Shown: positions 32,982-43,942, counted from the stretch's first letter. The stretch: DNA of 64,000 bases from Clostridiaceae bacterium (GCA_012519085.1 JAAYQX010000023.1:10534-74533); one strand, 5' to 3'. Notes: a model not told the origin generated them from the letters alone. A program made the numbers and translations.

Positions 32982-34712
32982 TTACCAGTCCACCTGTTTA
33001 AAAGACTGTGGTAAATAATCTAAAAGCAGCTCAGGAGTAATGCTTCTGGCTGTTCCTAGTTTCTGTAATGCCAGATCCGCCGCCAGACCGTGTATATATA
33101 CAGCAGCCGGGGCAGCAATTTCTGCCTTATAGCCCTGAGCCAGTAGGGAACAGATCATCCCTGTCAATACATCACCGGAACCGGCTTTAGCCAGACCATT
33201 ATTGCCACTGGTATTGTATAGACAAACTCCTGAGGGCAAAGCTGTAACAGTAGCCAATCCTTTCAAAACAACAATGCTCTGAGATCTGGTTGCCAAAGCC
33301 AAAGCCGCACCCGCGCGATCCGCTTTAAGCCTTTCTTCCAGATCCGGTGCCAGACGCAAAAACTCCAGCGGATGAGGGGTCAATATGGCAGGGGCAAGCC
33401 CTGACTCTGCCCGGCGGACAGTCAAAATCTCCCAATCTGACAAATCAGCCAAATAATTCAGGGCATCGGCATCGAGGACCAATTGTGCTGCAGACTCTAT
33501 CAAATTCGGTAAAAAGTGCAGCCAATCACTCCCTCCTGCTCCCGGCCCGCAAGCCACTGCCTCCAGCTGGCCGGTCAGCTGCAGCAGTTCGGCAGCTGTT
33601 CCCACTTCAGAGATCAAGGCAGAGGGCAGGGCGTCTAACAGCAGCGGTAAAATCTCCGGCACTGACCGCACATAGGTGTAGCCGCTGCCGGCCGCCATCA
33701 TCCCCCTGGCAGCCAGGATCACAGCTCCCGGAATCCCCGGACTGCCACCCAGGATAAGCCCTCGGCCAAAGCTGCCCTTATTGCCATCGACACAACGCTC
33801 AATACGGCGGGAACTAAGCCAGTCCTTCGTCACAGCCAGATGAATGGTTCTGTCTTTCCCCAATGCTTGCTCAAGTTTTTGCTCTTGCCATGCATTTGGC
33901 ATACTGATGGGCGCAGAGATCACCTTGCCGGCAAAAAGACAGCCCGGTGCAGAAAATAAACCCACTTTGGGTCGACCAAAGCTGACCGTGTAGTCCGCAA
34001 CTATAGCGTTTAAAATAGCTTCTCCGGTATCAGCATTAACCCCGCTGGGAATATCGATCGCCACTACCGCCCCGGCCCTTTCGCCTAGTCGGTTGATCTG
34101 TGCCAGTAGCTCGTTCAGCTCTGCAGTTAACGGCCGATTTTGGAAGCCGGTACCAAAAATACCATCAATAATAACATCAGGAACCATCTCAATTCCAACT
34201 AAATCGTTCGCAGTTACAACCACTCCGTCCAAATTTAGATAAGCCTGGCGATTGGCTGCAGCTTCCGGAGGCAAAACCTTGCCCTCAGACAGATCAACCA
34301 CTGACACAGATAGATCATATGCCAGGAGTTGACGGGCTGTCGCCCAGGCATCTCCGCCGTTTTGACCCATCCCCGCCAGGACTAAAATCTGCATTCCTCG
34401 AGCCGCATCGACACTTAAATCAGGTATGACCTTGGCAGTCCTCACTTCATCAGATGCTAATGCAACTTCTGCCAAACTGCCAACGCCGGCAGAATCTGAT
34501 CTTGTACTCAGCAAAGTCAGCACTAATGTTGTCACTGCAGAGGCAGCCTGCTCCATCAGGACAGAAAGCAAAAGGCCTGTACTCTCAGTCCAGGCCTTAT
34601 CCAATGCTCTTTGTTCAGCTCCGGTCATCAGAAGTAAGCCGTTCCGCTTCAGTTCTGAAATAGCGTTATAGTTTGAATCTCCGGTGCCGGCACTATTGTC
34701 ATTACTAATCAA
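32982..34712 (-). CDS. nnr: Bifunctional NAD(P)H-hydrate repair enzyme (epimerase / ADP-dependent dehydratase)
   Basis: YjeF_N region (GMGQNGGDAW) and a C-terminal carbohydrate-kinase-like region (GSGDVLTGMI). Confidence 0.9.
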   Translation of the reverse strand: MISNDNSAGTGDSNYNAISELKRNGLLLMTGAEQRALDKAWTESTGLLLSVLMEQAASAVTTLVLTLLSTRSDSAGVGSLAEVALASDEVRTAKVIPDLSVDAARGMQILVLAGMGQNGGDAWATARQLLAYDLSVSVVDLSEGKVLPPEAAANRQAYLNLDGVVVTANDLVGIEMVPDVIIDGIFGTGFQNRPLTAELNELLAQINRLGERAGAVVAIDIPSGVNADTGEAILNAIVADYTVSFGRPKVGLFSAPGCLFAGKVISAPISMPNAWQEQKLEQALGKDRTIHLAVTKDWLSSRRIERCVDGNKGSFGRGLILGGSPGIPGAVILAARGMMAAGSGYTYVRSVPEILPLLLDALPSALISEVGTAAELLQLTGQLEAVACGPGAGGSDWLHFLPNLIESAAQLVLDADALNYLADLSDWEILTVRRAESGLAPAILTPHPLEFLRLAPDLEERLKADRAGAALALATRSQSIVVLKGLATVTALPSGVCLYNTSGNNGLAKAGSGDVLTGMICSLLAQGYKAEIAAPAAVYIHGLAADLALQKLGTARSITPELLLDYLPQSFKQVDW

Positions 34713-34728
34713 GAATCTACTCCCTCAA

Positions 34729-35046
34729 TTACAAAAATTTATCTATCAGACGCACAAGTTCTTCAAAGGACTTGGCTCCTACCTGTCTGTCAGCAATTTC
34801 ACCATCCTTAAAGAGAAGTAACGTAGGAATACTCATCACATGATAACGAGTGGCTAGATCCTGTTCCTCATCAACATTGACCATGCCAACATTCAGGCGC
34901 CCCTGATAATGTTCAGCCAGTTTTTCTACAGCTGGAATAACCAGGCGGCAAGGCCCGCACCAAGCGGCCCAGAAATCCACCAAGAACGGTTTGTCGCTAT
35001 TCAGAACCTCCGTGTCGAAGTTCTGTTTTGTAATTACTGTGGTCAT
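34729..35046 (-). CDS. trxA: Thioredoxin
   Basis: FWAAWCGPCR active site. The start was set at MTTVITKQNFD, giving 105 aa. The track ORF adds 15 aa. Confidence 0.9.
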   Translation of the reverse strand: MTTVITKQNFDTEVLNSDKPFLVDFWAAWCGPCRLVIPAVEKLAEHYQGRLNVGMVNVDEEQDLATRYHVMSIPTLLLFKDGEIADRQVGAKSFEELVRLIDKFL

Positions 35047-35352
35047 TAATATCATCCCTTTCGTATATGACTTCATTGCAACTTTTCGCACTTAAGTCAA
35101 TTTCAACTCCTGACCCAAAGGCAAAAATGGATCCAAAATTATTGTGACCTTTCTGCACTAATTAATAAGTAACTGGAGTTACTCTCTCCTTAGTCCGCCT
35201 TCTTACAGCCGGAAAAATTTACCTTTCCTCGGACCGGCCACTTGATAACCAAATGAAATCACTTTCCCCTCAGCCGGATCTCCTGTCTCCCAAGCAAGCT
35301 TAACTTTCCCATAGCCTCAGCATCAATCTAATCCCCCCTCATACAGCTGAAC

Positions 35353-36345
35353 TCAAATAAACTCCTGCAAGATAGAATCCGCCGGAACTATGCTTGGACT
35401 CACTGACGGTAGATTGGCACAGGCTTCCGCAAGTTGCACAGCTTTTTTAACAGCTCTGGACAGATCGGACCAGCCCGCGGGATTAACCGTATTCCTGGAA
35501 GGCGGCAAAGTTCCTTTTAGCAATCCATCCAAAGAGGCATGGATCTGATCGCGGGCTAAAGTGGCTGTCACCATAAACTCATAGGGTAACAGAGTGTTGA
35601 TATAGAAATCTGCCGCCGCCAAATAGTTGGGAATAAAGTCCTGCTCAGCACGATCAATCATCGGCCAATAGTCAATCGTAGCTAGTGCCGACGAACCGCG
35701 CTGCCTGACATCACGACTGATCCTGCGCAACATGCGTATATCCGAGCCGGAAAGCATCCTGGCATCGGAATGCACCCTGCCATGAGGCATGATAAATAGT
35801 CCCAATGATTCTTCCGTCGGCAGATGGTTGATAATTTCCGGTGACAAGCCATGCAGGCCCTCAATCACCAGCACATCCCCCGCTTCCGGTCGGATGGCTT
35901 TTTCCGGCTCAAAAATGCGCTCTCTGGTTTTAAACAGAAAGGTCGGCAGCGCAACTTCCCGACCATGATCAAACTTGAGAATATCTTCCAGCATCAAGTC
36001 CATATCCAAAGTCTCAATGCTTTCAAAATCCGGTCTGCCATCCTCATCATAGCTGACCTCTTCCGTTTTATAATAATCGTCCATTGACAGCAAATAGGTT
36101 TTGCGGCCGGAGGCACTAAGAAGCTTGGTAAAATGAGTGGAAAAGGTCGTTTTGCCGGACGATGTCGGCCCGGAAATAAAAAAGACTTTCACCTGTTTAT
36201 TATCGATCACGCAATCGGCCACGGTTTTCACCTGCTCGGCAAAATTCGCTTCCGATTCTGCAACAAATTGCTGCAATCTGTTACTGCCCAGATTGCCTTC
36301 TAAATCTTCAACAGATATTTCAATTAATTTGCTCAGCTCAGCCAT
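35353..36345 (-). CDS. Uridine-kinase/phosphoribulokinase-family nucleoside kinase-like protein
   Basis: P-loop ISGPTSSGKTTF, and VLVIEGLHGL resembling the Udk-family Walker B region. Substrate not determinable. Confidence 0.6.
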   Translation of the reverse strand: MAELSKLIEISVEDLEGNLGSNRLQQFVAESEANFAEQVKTVADCVIDNKQVKVFFISGPTSSGKTTFSTHFTKLLSASGRKTYLLSMDDYYKTEEVSYDEDGRPDFESIETLDMDLMLEDILKFDHGREVALPTFLFKTRERIFEPEKAIRPEAGDVLVIEGLHGLSPEIINHLPTEESLGLFIMPHGRVHSDARMLSGSDIRMLRRISRDVRQRGSSALATIDYWPMIDRAEQDFIPNYLAAADFYINTLLPYEFMVTATLARDQIHASLDGLLKGTLPPSRNTVNPAGWSDLSRAVKKAVQLAEACANLPSVSPSIVPADSILQEFI

Positions 36346-36537
36346 CAGACTTTCCTCAAACTACTCCCGCTGATTTTGGTCTTTAATCTGCCTTTAAATA
36401 ATTATTACACTGATTTTAGCTTAAAGAGAGGAAGTAAAGCTATAATAGCATAGGGATTAATAATCCCGGAGCTTTTGTTCAAAATATTGACCGCTGTCAG
36501 GCTCAAGGCCGCGGCCGTCAGAATATGAGGTGGAAGT

Positions 36538-37848
36538 ATGAAACTTGATTATCGCAAGACATTTCTGATCGGCTTCGGCTTTCTTGCCAGTTCTCTGGCC
36601 TGGAGTCTTTACAATGCTTATGTACCGACAATGCTGGAAGAGCGCTTTGCGCTCTCGACAACTGTCATCGGCACTATTATGACGATCGATAATTTCTTCG
36701 GCATTATTTTTCAGCCGATCGTCGGTATACTCAGCGACCGCACTCACACCAGATTTGGTCACCGGATGCCCTGGATCATGGTTGGACTACCCATCTGTGC
36801 CGTTCTTTTTGCCATCATACCCCAAATGTATACTCTAGCCGCCATGATGGCTGTTCTGATCGGCTTCAACTTTGTTATGTCACTCTGGCGTTCACCTGTG
36901 ATCGCTCTAATGCCGGATGTCACACCACGTCCTCTGCGCAGCAAGGCCAACGGCGTCATCAATCTGATGGGCGGTCTGGGCAGCATCATCGCCTTCTTCT
37001 TCGGTGGCAAGCTTAGCCAGCTCGATCCCACCAATGAGGCAGCTTTCCTGATGGGAACCGTAACTATGCTGGTATCTTTACTGATGCTGCTTCTCTTCGT
37101 CCGCGAGCCCTCAGCCCTGCCCCGCCGGGCTAAACAGGACCCGGCACTGATGGCGGCCTGGCAAAACGATCGCCGCCGGCGGATCGAGGAACAACACCGT
37201 CAAAGAGAAGAGGCGGCCGCGAGCAGCTCAAAGCTTTCCCGCTGGGAAAAGTTGAAACAAGAATTTTTCGCCCTGTCTCCCGGCGAACTGCGCTCACTGC
37301 TATTCATGCTGTTTGCAATCTTTTTTTGGTTCTGCGCTTATAATGCAATCGAAACTTTCTTCACATTGTACGCCGTCAATGTACTGCACCTGTCCCAAGG
37401 TGAGGGAGCAACAATGCTGACCGCTTTCTCTCTGACTTTCGTAGCCTTTGCTATCCCTGCCGGTCTACTAGGCAGTAAGTTGGGCCGCAAACGCACCATA
37501 CTGATCGGTCTGACCGGGATTACCCTGGCCTTCATCCCGGTGCTCTTCATGGAGAGCAAACTCATCATCATGATCTTACTGGCAGTGGGCGGCATATTCT
37601 GGGCCTGCATCAATATTAACTCGCTGCCCATGGTAGTTGAGCTGGCAAGTAAAGATAAGGTAGGCAGCTTCACCGACTATTACTATTTCTTTTCGTTCTC
37701 GGCGGCAATCTTGGCTCCCATCACCTTTGGCGCCATCCGCGATCTAACGGATAATTATTCTCTGCTATTCGTCTTTTCTTCGGTAGCCTTTATCCTTGCT
37801 TTCATCTCCATGCTCTTCGTCAAGCATGGCGAAGCCGACCCCAGCTAA
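36538..37848 (+). CDS. MFS transporter (GPH/SLC45-like)
   Basis: 12 predicted TM helices with a long charged central loop (RRRIEEQHRQREEAAASS). Confidence 0.78.
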   Translation: MKLDYRKTFLIGFGFLASSLAWSLYNAYVPTMLEERFALSTTVIGTIMTIDNFFGIIFQPIVGILSDRTHTRFGHRMPWIMVGLPICAVLFAIIPQMYTLAAMMAVLIGFNFVMSLWRSPVIALMPDVTPRPLRSKANGVINLMGGLGSIIAFFFGGKLSQLDPTNEAAFLMGTVTMLVSLLMLLLFVREPSALPRRAKQDPALMAAWQNDRRRRIEEQHRQREEAAASSSKLSRWEKLKQEFFALSPGELRSLLFMLFAIFFWFCAYNAIETFFTLYAVNVLHLSQGEGATMLTAFSLTFVAFAIPAGLLGSKLGRKRTILIGLTGITLAFIPVLFMESKLIIMILLAVGGIFWACININSLPMVVELASKDKVGSFTDYYYFFSFSAAILAPITFGAIRDLTDNYSLLFVFSSVAFILAFISMLFVKHGEADPS

Positions 37849-37863
37849 AACAGCGCATAAAGA

Positions 37864-37895
37864 AACAAATCCGAGGCACCACTCTCGGATTTGTT
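37864..37895 (+). terminator. Terminator candidate after the MFS gene
   Basis: 12-bp perfect stem aacaaatccgag / ctcggatttgtt with an 8-nt loop. The T-tail is weak. Confidence 0.5.
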
Positions 37896-37993
37896 GCATT
37901 GGAGGAGAAAAGTATGAAAAAGGAAATATTCAAATCCTCTATTAATACAAGTACAGAATAAACAGGATAAATGACAAATTTAAATCTCAAATG

Positions 37994-38049
37994 TAAACAA
38001 AAAAATAACAGGTTTCATTCTCATTACTAAAAGAGCGAAACCTGTTATT
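37994..38049 (-). terminator. Terminator candidate after the zinc-ribbon membrane protein gene
   Basis: 13-bp stem aataacaggtttc / gaaacctgttatt with a 20-nt loop, followed on the minus strand by ttttttgttt. Confidence 0.5.
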
Positions 38050-38079
38050 AAATTCAGGAATTAGAATAATTTTTCTTAG

Positions 38080-38826
38080 CTAATCCAATTTTGTCATAGC
38101 TCTGTCTAACACCAGATCCGCCGGCTCCTCCGGTTCTGTGATTAGAAAACCACCCTCCGGCGTCGCAATGCGCATAGTGATCGAATTGGCACTGGCTGAA
38201 AAATCGTTTTCATCATAACCGATGACTTCAGCCCTGGCCTTTGCATAATCGAGAAAGATTTCCGCCGCTTGCTGTTCGCTAACACTATTCTTCAGCACTA
38301 CAATGACTGCATCACTTTTCATCTGCTCAATCGCAATCCCACTTAGTTCATGCTCCAAATCAGCCACAAAGTGCTCTTTAATTTCAGCTCGTTCTCCATC
38401 ACGCTTTAATGAGAGCAAAAACGCGACCGCTAGAAATACAACCAACAGCCCGGCGATAACCGAGGTTATCAGGATTCTGCTCTTAGCAGGCATTTTTAAA
38501 TCAGGAATATCCAGCTGCGGCAGCACAAATTCATCGACTTTTCTGCCCTTGACCCTGCGTTGAGTTACCTGAGGAGCAAAGACTGCATCGCGCACCGGCT
38601 GAACTACCAGCGATGGGCCGGTATATTCCGGCTGCTCCTCGTTAGGAAATTCGTGATCTCCGGGAAGCTGCATCGCAGCAAAAGCGTCTTCGTTCAAAAA
38701 TACTGCGCCGCAGAAGAGACATTGTCCTTTTTCCATCTTCGGATCGAGAATCAGGAGTGAACCGCAATTGACACAACGACCTTCTTTTAAAGCCATATTT
38801 ACCACCTTGTCTTGATCTTTCGTCAT
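38080..38826 (-). CDS. Zinc-ribbon membrane protein, function unknown
   Basis: N-terminal CVNCG...CLFCG zinc ribbon, a central TM helix (ILITSVIAGLLVVFLAVAFLL), and a C-terminal extracytoplasmic domain with no recognisable motif. Confidence 0.5.
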   Translation of the reverse strand: MTKDQDKVVNMALKEGRCVNCGSLLILDPKMEKGQCLFCGAVFLNEDAFAAMQLPGDHEFPNEEQPEYTGPSLVVQPVRDAVFAPQVTQRRVKGRKVDEFVLPQLDIPDLKMPAKSRILITSVIAGLLVVFLAVAFLLSLKRDGERAEIKEHFVADLEHELSGIAIEQMKSDAVIVVLKNSVSEQQAAEIFLDYAKARAEVIGYDENDFSASANSITMRIATPEGGFLITEPEEPADLVLDRAMTKLD

Positions 38827-38873
38827 GCTATTATAATTGTAATCATCACAGTTAGCAAGAAAGGAACAGGCCC

Positions 38874-39356
38874 TTGACCACTACAGACAATGTCAGCCCC
38901 GGCTTTGACCTGGCACGGGATATGCATTATATGCACAAAGCTTTAAAGCTGGCTGAACAGGCTGCCGCACTTGGCGAAGTACCTGTCGGTTGTGTTATTG
39001 TGGACACTGACAAGATCATAGCAGCGGAATATAATCAGCGCGAGACGGCAAATGACGCTACAGCCCATGCTGAACTGCTCGCTCTGCGTGCTGCGGGACG
39101 GTCCAGGCCAAGCTGGCGATTGGACGGATGCGACTTATATGTTACGCTGGAGCCCTGCCTGATGTGCTCCGGGGCGATTATCCAGTCGCGTATCCGCAGA
39201 TTGATCTTTGGCGCGGCAGATCCTAAAGGCGGGATGGCTGGTTCGGTCTCAAATGTTTTTGAGCTGCCGTCAAATCATCAGGTGCTGATTACAGGACAAA
39301 TACTGGCAGAAGAATGCAGTTTACTATTAAAGAATTTTTTTCGTGCTCGGCGCTGA
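38874..39356 (+). CDS. tadA: tRNA adenosine(34) deaminase
   Basis: CDA zinc motifs HAELLALR and PCLMCSGA. TTG start per the track; an internal ATG at 38922 is an alternative. Confidence 0.9.
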   Translation: MTTTDNVSPGFDLARDMHYMHKALKLAEQAAALGEVPVGCVIVDTDKIIAAEYNQRETANDATAHAELLALRAAGRSRPSWRLDGCDLYVTLEPCLMCSGAIIQSRIRRLIFGAADPKGGMAGSVSNVFELPSNHQVLITGQILAEECSLLLKNFFRARR

Positions 39357-39372
39357 GTGCAGGGAGAATCAT

Positions 39373-40083
39373 ATGAGTCAGACTAAAATTGACAAGAATA
39401 AAGGTAAACGGACGGAACGCACTATAGAAATGCCACATAGAGGATATCTGGGGAATTTCCTCTTTAAATTAGGTATGTTACTGACCAGAATGTTCACCCG
39501 CTTTCGGGTCACCGGACAAGAAAACCTGCCGGAACCACCATATGTCATCGCTTCCAATCATGAAACACTGATTGACGGCATGTGGATCTGTGCCGGATTA
39601 CCCAAAAAACACCAAAAAGTCTTTGCCGCTATTGCCGGCTCTGATCTCAAAACCGATTATGGACTGTTCGGTCAGATCATGATGCGCGTTGGCAGAGCAA
39701 TCCCTATCAATCGCTTCGGCAATCCGATACGCGGTCTGATTATGGCCAAGAAAGCCGCTGATCAGGGTTACATCCTATTGATTCATCCGGAGGGCACCAG
39801 AACTTACGACGGCCTGCTGGGAGAATTGCAGAACGGCGCAGCCTATATCAGCACGAAATCCTCGATTCCCATGGTTCCTGTCTATGTGCACGGCGGCTAT
39901 GAAGTTTTCTCCCGCCATATGTCCGTTCCACATCCCATCGACTGGAAAAAATTCCGCCGTAAGCAAGTCACGATTGAGTATGGTCAACCGTTTGATCCGC
40001 ACGATTTTGCCGATGTCAATGAATTGACAGAAGTTCTCCGCAACTGGTATTTGCAAAGACAGGATGCAAAAGAGCAGACATAA
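39373..40083 (+). CDS. Lysophospholipid/1-acyl-sn-glycerol-3-phosphate acyltransferase family protein
   Basis: Acyltransferase motif I NHETLIDG (HX4D) and motif III IHPEGTRT. Start at ATG 39373, preceded by AGGGAG. Confidence 0.8.
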   Translation: MSQTKIDKNKGKRTERTIEMPHRGYLGNFLFKLGMLLTRMFTRFRVTGQENLPEPPYVIASNHETLIDGMWICAGLPKKHQKVFAAIAGSDLKTDYGLFGQIMMRVGRAIPINRFGNPIRGLIMAKKAADQGYILLIHPEGTRTYDGLLGELQNGAAYISTKSSIPMVPVYVHGGYEVFSRHMSVPHPIDWKKFRRKQVTIEYGQPFDPHDFADVNELTEVLRNWYLQRQDAKEQT

Positions 40084-40135
40084 TCCGGCAGCTAACTGCG
40101 GTTGCTACCTGACTTGAGAACCAAAACAGCTTATT

Positions 40136-41404
40136 TTACAGATATGCCTGTAAGGGACCCGATAGAGAACGAGCTATTCTGCCCTTGAGCTCAATACCTT
40201 GTTCCAGATAAGAGAGCTCAGAGATGATGCCGTTGGTCCGGATATGGTTGACCAGGCCAGCCTCCTCGTAAGGGATTAGGATTGCAAAGGACAAGGTTGT
40301 GCGCGCAGCCAACTCACAGAGTGCAGACCTGATCTCAGCCAGTCCGCAACCCTGCAGCGCTGAAGCCGCAATAGTTCTCTGGTCTGCATCAGCTTTTTGG
40401 TGCAGAAGTAATTTCCATTCGTCATCCTGAGCCTGATCGATTTTATTCAGCACATGTAATCTGGGCTTGGCTGCCGCACCCAGCCTGTTCAGCTGCTCTT
40501 CCACCACTGTGATTTGCTGACAATAATCCGGATCGGAAATGTCCGTAATCTGCATAATATAATCCGCCGCTGCAACTTCTTCTAAAGTGGCCGCGAAAGC
40601 ATCAAGCAGATAGCGCGGCAGGTCACGGATAAAACCGACGGTATCAACCAGAACCAATGGCAGCCCTTGATCAGTAATCAAACGCCGTGCCGTGGGATCC
40701 AAAGTCATAAACAGTCTGTCCTCGGCTTCAATCGACGAATCACACAGCGCATTAACAATGGTTGATTTGCCGGCATTGGTATAGCCGACGACCGCCACTG
40801 TAGCAATCTCGCGTGAGCTTCTGTGTTCTCTGGTTCGGGATCTGCGGGTAGAGATCTCCTGTAATGATCTGCGCAACCAGGAAATGCGCCGCACGATATG
40901 GCGGCGGTCTGTCTCCAACTGTGTCTCACCGGGACCCCTGGTACCGATCCCGCCACCCAGTCTGGACAATTCCTGTCCACGACCGCCCAAGCGGGTTAGT
41001 CGATATCGCAATTGTGCCAGCTCTACTTGAATTTTACCCTCATCAGTTTTGGCCCGCCGGGCAAAAATATCGAAAATAATCAAGCTGCGATCAACAATCT
41101 CCAGCTCAACCAGATCCTCAATCATACGCACCTGCGTCGGTGATAATTCCGTATCAAAGATCAGAACTGTGGCCTCAAGAGCTGTCGCCAGTTCGGCCAG
41201 CTCCAGCAATTTACCTTTACCCAGCCAGTAGGCCCGGTCGGGAGCTTCCCGTTTTTGTACCAAAGTACCGACTGTCTCAATATCACATTCACGCGCCAGG
41301 CTCTCCAGCTCGGCCAGCCTTCTTTCGCTGACCAGATCGGATAGAGGATCCGTTCCTAACTGCAACGTCGCCAAAACAGCTTTTTTATCAGTATCGGGAT
41401 TCAC
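40136..41404 (-). CDS. hflX: GTPase HflX
   Basis: HflX N-terminal domain (IFDIFARRAKTDEGKIQVELAQL), G1 motif GYTNAGKST, and DTVGFI. Confidence 0.93.
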   Translation of the reverse strand: MNPDTDKKAVLATLQLGTDPLSDLVSERRLAELESLARECDIETVGTLVQKREAPDRAYWLGKGKLLELAELATALEATVLIFDTELSPTQVRMIEDLVELEIVDRSLIIFDIFARRAKTDEGKIQVELAQLRYRLTRLGGRGQELSRLGGGIGTRGPGETQLETDRRHIVRRISWLRRSLQEISTRRSRTREHRSSREIATVAVVGYTNAGKSTIVNALCDSSIEAEDRLFMTLDPTARRLITDQGLPLVLVDTVGFIRDLPRYLLDAFAATLEEVAAADYIMQITDISDPDYCQQITVVEEQLNRLGAAAKPRLHVLNKIDQAQDDEWKLLLHQKADADQRTIAASALQGCGLAEIRSALCELAARTTLSFAILIPYEEAGLVNHIRTNGIISELSYLEQGIELKGRIARSLSGPLQAYL

Positions 41405-41531
41405 GATATCGCTTGACCACCTTTCACCTAAATCCTATGCAAATTAAATATCCTTATATATCTTACCTCAGATATAGTTACTGTTGTTTAAATCACCAGC
41501 TGCCGATTTTCTTTCTGTTATCATATACCTG

Positions 41532-42680
41532 ATGACAAATGATAATGAAAAAATTACTTCTTTCCGGGAGCTGGGACTATCCGATTCTACTTTGGATGTA
41601 CTCTCCAGGATGAACATTACTGTACCCACCTCAGTCCAGCAGCAAGCAATACCTCCCATGATGGGCTGGTACGATGTGATGGCGAAAGCGCCGACCGGAA
41701 CCGGCAAGACACTGGCTTTCGGTATTCCGATTATTGAAAATCTCGAGCAACACCGTCGCGCATTGCAGGCATTAATCCTCTCCCCTACCAGAGAATTGGC
41801 AATACAGATCGGACAGGATCTGTCTCATCTTGCCATCACCAGACCATGGATTGAAATCGCTGTCCTATATGGCGGACAGCCGATTCGCACACAAATCAAA
41901 GCCCTTAGGCGCAAACCGCAGATTGCAGTAGCTACGCCGGGGCGCTTAATTGATTTGCTCAGACGCCGCAGTTTGCGACTGGATGAAGTGGAAATTGCTA
42001 TTTTGGATGAGGCAGATCGGATGCTCGATATGGGCTTTATCAAAGACGTGCGCTTTATCTTGGATAAGATGCCTCGCGTCTCGCAAATCGCCATGTTTTC
42101 AGCTACTTTTTCACGCGAGGTGATGGATATTTCATATCTATATCAGCGTGAACCGGTTGAGATTAGAGTCGAAGAAATTGGTCAGGATAAACCTGACATC
42201 AAAGAATATCTGCTTCCTGCGAACGGTGCAGAGAGAATAACTGCTATTAAGAAAATCCTCAGTTTGGCTGATGTCAAACGGGGGATCGTCTTCGTCAATA
42301 TGAAACAGTCAGCAGATATGGTAGTAAAAAAATTGCGACGCCTAAAAATCAATGCTGCCGCCATTCACGGCGATATCAGGCAACAGCAAAGAGAAAGAGT
42401 CCTCAGCAATTTCCGCAAAGGCAATCTGCGCATCTTGGTAGCAACGGATGTGGCCTCACGCGGACTGGACATCGAGAATGTCGATATTGTCTTCAATTAC
42501 GATTTGCCCCTGGAAAATGAGAATTATATTCACCGTATCGGCCGGACAGGACGGGCCGGCAAAAGTGGGATAGCTGTCACTTTCCTATCGCCTAGCGGTG
42601 AGGACAGGCTCGATACGATCGCTCAAATGACAGGAGCTGAATTGGAAGAAATAACCGACCTGGATACATTTACCTTCTAA
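41532..42680 (+). CDS. DEAD-box ATP-dependent RNA helicase
   Basis: Q-motif region, AKAPTGTGKT, DEAD, SAT and HRIGRTGRAG motifs. The start is uncertain; a TTG at 41484 is the alternative. Confidence 0.9.
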   Translation: MTNDNEKITSFRELGLSDSTLDVLSRMNITVPTSVQQQAIPPMMGWYDVMAKAPTGTGKTLAFGIPIIENLEQHRRALQALILSPTRELAIQIGQDLSHLAITRPWIEIAVLYGGQPIRTQIKALRRKPQIAVATPGRLIDLLRRRSLRLDEVEIAILDEADRMLDMGFIKDVRFILDKMPRVSQIAMFSATFSREVMDISYLYQREPVEIRVEEIGQDKPDIKEYLLPANGAERITAIKKILSLADVKRGIVFVNMKQSADMVVKKLRRLKINAAAIHGDIRQQQRERVLSNFRKGNLRILVATDVASRGLDIENVDIVFNYDLPLENENYIHRIGRTGRAGKSGIAVTFLSPSGEDRLDTIAQMTGAELEEITDLDTFTF

Positions 42681-42737
42681 TAGCGTACAATAAAAGTGGA
42701 ATCCGGTGAAAAGCAATCACTAATTTTGAGGTAAAAA

Positions 42738-43907
42738 ATGGCTAACAAAAAAATTGTAATCGTCGGCAGTGGGATTGCGGGTGTTTCCGCAGCAGAAGCT
42801 GCCCGGAAGAACGACAATGAAGCAGAGATCGTCATCTATTCTGCCGATACCGATCTCCCCTTTTATCGTCTGCGTATAGCTGAAGTATTGAAAGATCCAG
42901 CCAATGCTGAGAAGCTCTATCTGCATCCGGCAAGCTGGTATGAAGAGCGCCGTATCAAGTTGATGCCGGGAGTTAATGTGGTCGGTCTCGACTGTCAGGA
43001 TCAGAAGCTTGCCCTGGATAATAATGAAGTAGTAGCTTGGGACCGCTTGATTTTGGCCTCCGGAAGCAGAAGTTTTATCTTGCCGCTCAAAGGATTTGAT
43101 CGAGAAAACTGTTTCTCGCTCTGGTCGCTGGCTGATGCCAGAAAATTTGCGGCAGCGATCCGCGAACACAATTTGCAAACATGTGCCATCATCGGCGGCG
43201 GTCTGCTCGGATTGGAAGCTGCCTGGCAGCTGATTCAAGCCGGACTGAAGGTCAAAATTTTGGAATTTGCACCCAGCTTGATGGCACGGCAGTTAGACCC
43301 CCGGGCTTCTGAACTGGTTCGACAATATGTAGAAAGTCTCGGTATCACCGTTTTATTGTCTGCCGACTCAGAGGAAATTCTCGGTAAGGACAGCACCGGT
43401 CCTGTTACAGGAATCGTCCTCAAAGATGGTCGTTCCGTCGACTGCGACTGTATCCTGATGTCAGTCGGGGTACGGGCCAATACCGAAGTGGCGGCTGAAG
43501 CCGGTTTGGATATCGGTCGCCGCATTAAAGTCAATACTGCGATGGTGACCTCCTGTCCACAAGTTTTCGCTGCCGGCGATGTCAGCGAAGTAGATGAGGA
43601 TGGCTTCTGGTTCGGTCTATGGTCAATCTCCATGAATCAGGGTAAAATCGCCGGTGCCAATGCCACAGGCGCTCAATTACACTTTGAGAAAACAGTGCCG
43701 CCCTATGTCGTGAATACTCTGAATACCCGCATCGTATCACAGGGTGATCTGCCTCAGGAAGAAGGTGCAGGCTACCGCTTTGAGATTACGGAAGATGCTG
43801 AGAATTACAGCTATAAAAAGCTGGTTTATAAGGATGATCAGTTAGTCGGCTTCATTTTGCTAGGCGATTATGCTAAAGAAATGGTCAGTCTGCAAAAAAA
43901 GCTGTGA
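42738..43907 (+). CDS. NAD(P)/FAD-dependent pyridine-nucleotide-disulfide-family oxidoreductase (NADH:rubredoxin oxidoreductase-like)
   Basis: Two dinucleotide folds (IVIVGSGIAGVSAA; AIIGGGLLGLEAA) plus FAAGDV. The size (389 aa) and architecture match NROR/rubredoxin reductase-type enzymes. The physiological partner is inferred. Confidence 0.7.
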   Translation: MANKKIVIVGSGIAGVSAAEAARKNDNEAEIVIYSADTDLPFYRLRIAEVLKDPANAEKLYLHPASWYEERRIKLMPGVNVVGLDCQDQKLALDNNEVVAWDRLILASGSRSFILPLKGFDRENCFSLWSLADARKFAAAIREHNLQTCAIIGGGLLGLEAAWQLIQAGLKVKILEFAPSLMARQLDPRASELVRQYVESLGITVLLSADSEEILGKDSTGPVTGIVLKDGRSVDCDCILMSVGVRANTEVAAEAGLDIGRRIKVNTAMVTSCPQVFAAGDVSEVDEDGFWFGLWSISMNQGKIAGANATGAQLHFEKTVPPYVVNTLNTRIVSQGDLPQEEGAGYRFEITEDAENYSYKKLVYKDDQLVGFILLGDYAKEMVSLQKKL

Positions 43908-43942
43908 AATGCCTTATTTGCGGTTTGAAAAGTAAAATCGCA

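Noticed and set aside
42720-43238. 172-aa minus-strand ORF overlapping the start of the NROR-like gene
   Set aside because: It is antisense to a gene with two clear dinucleotide-binding folds and has no motif support.
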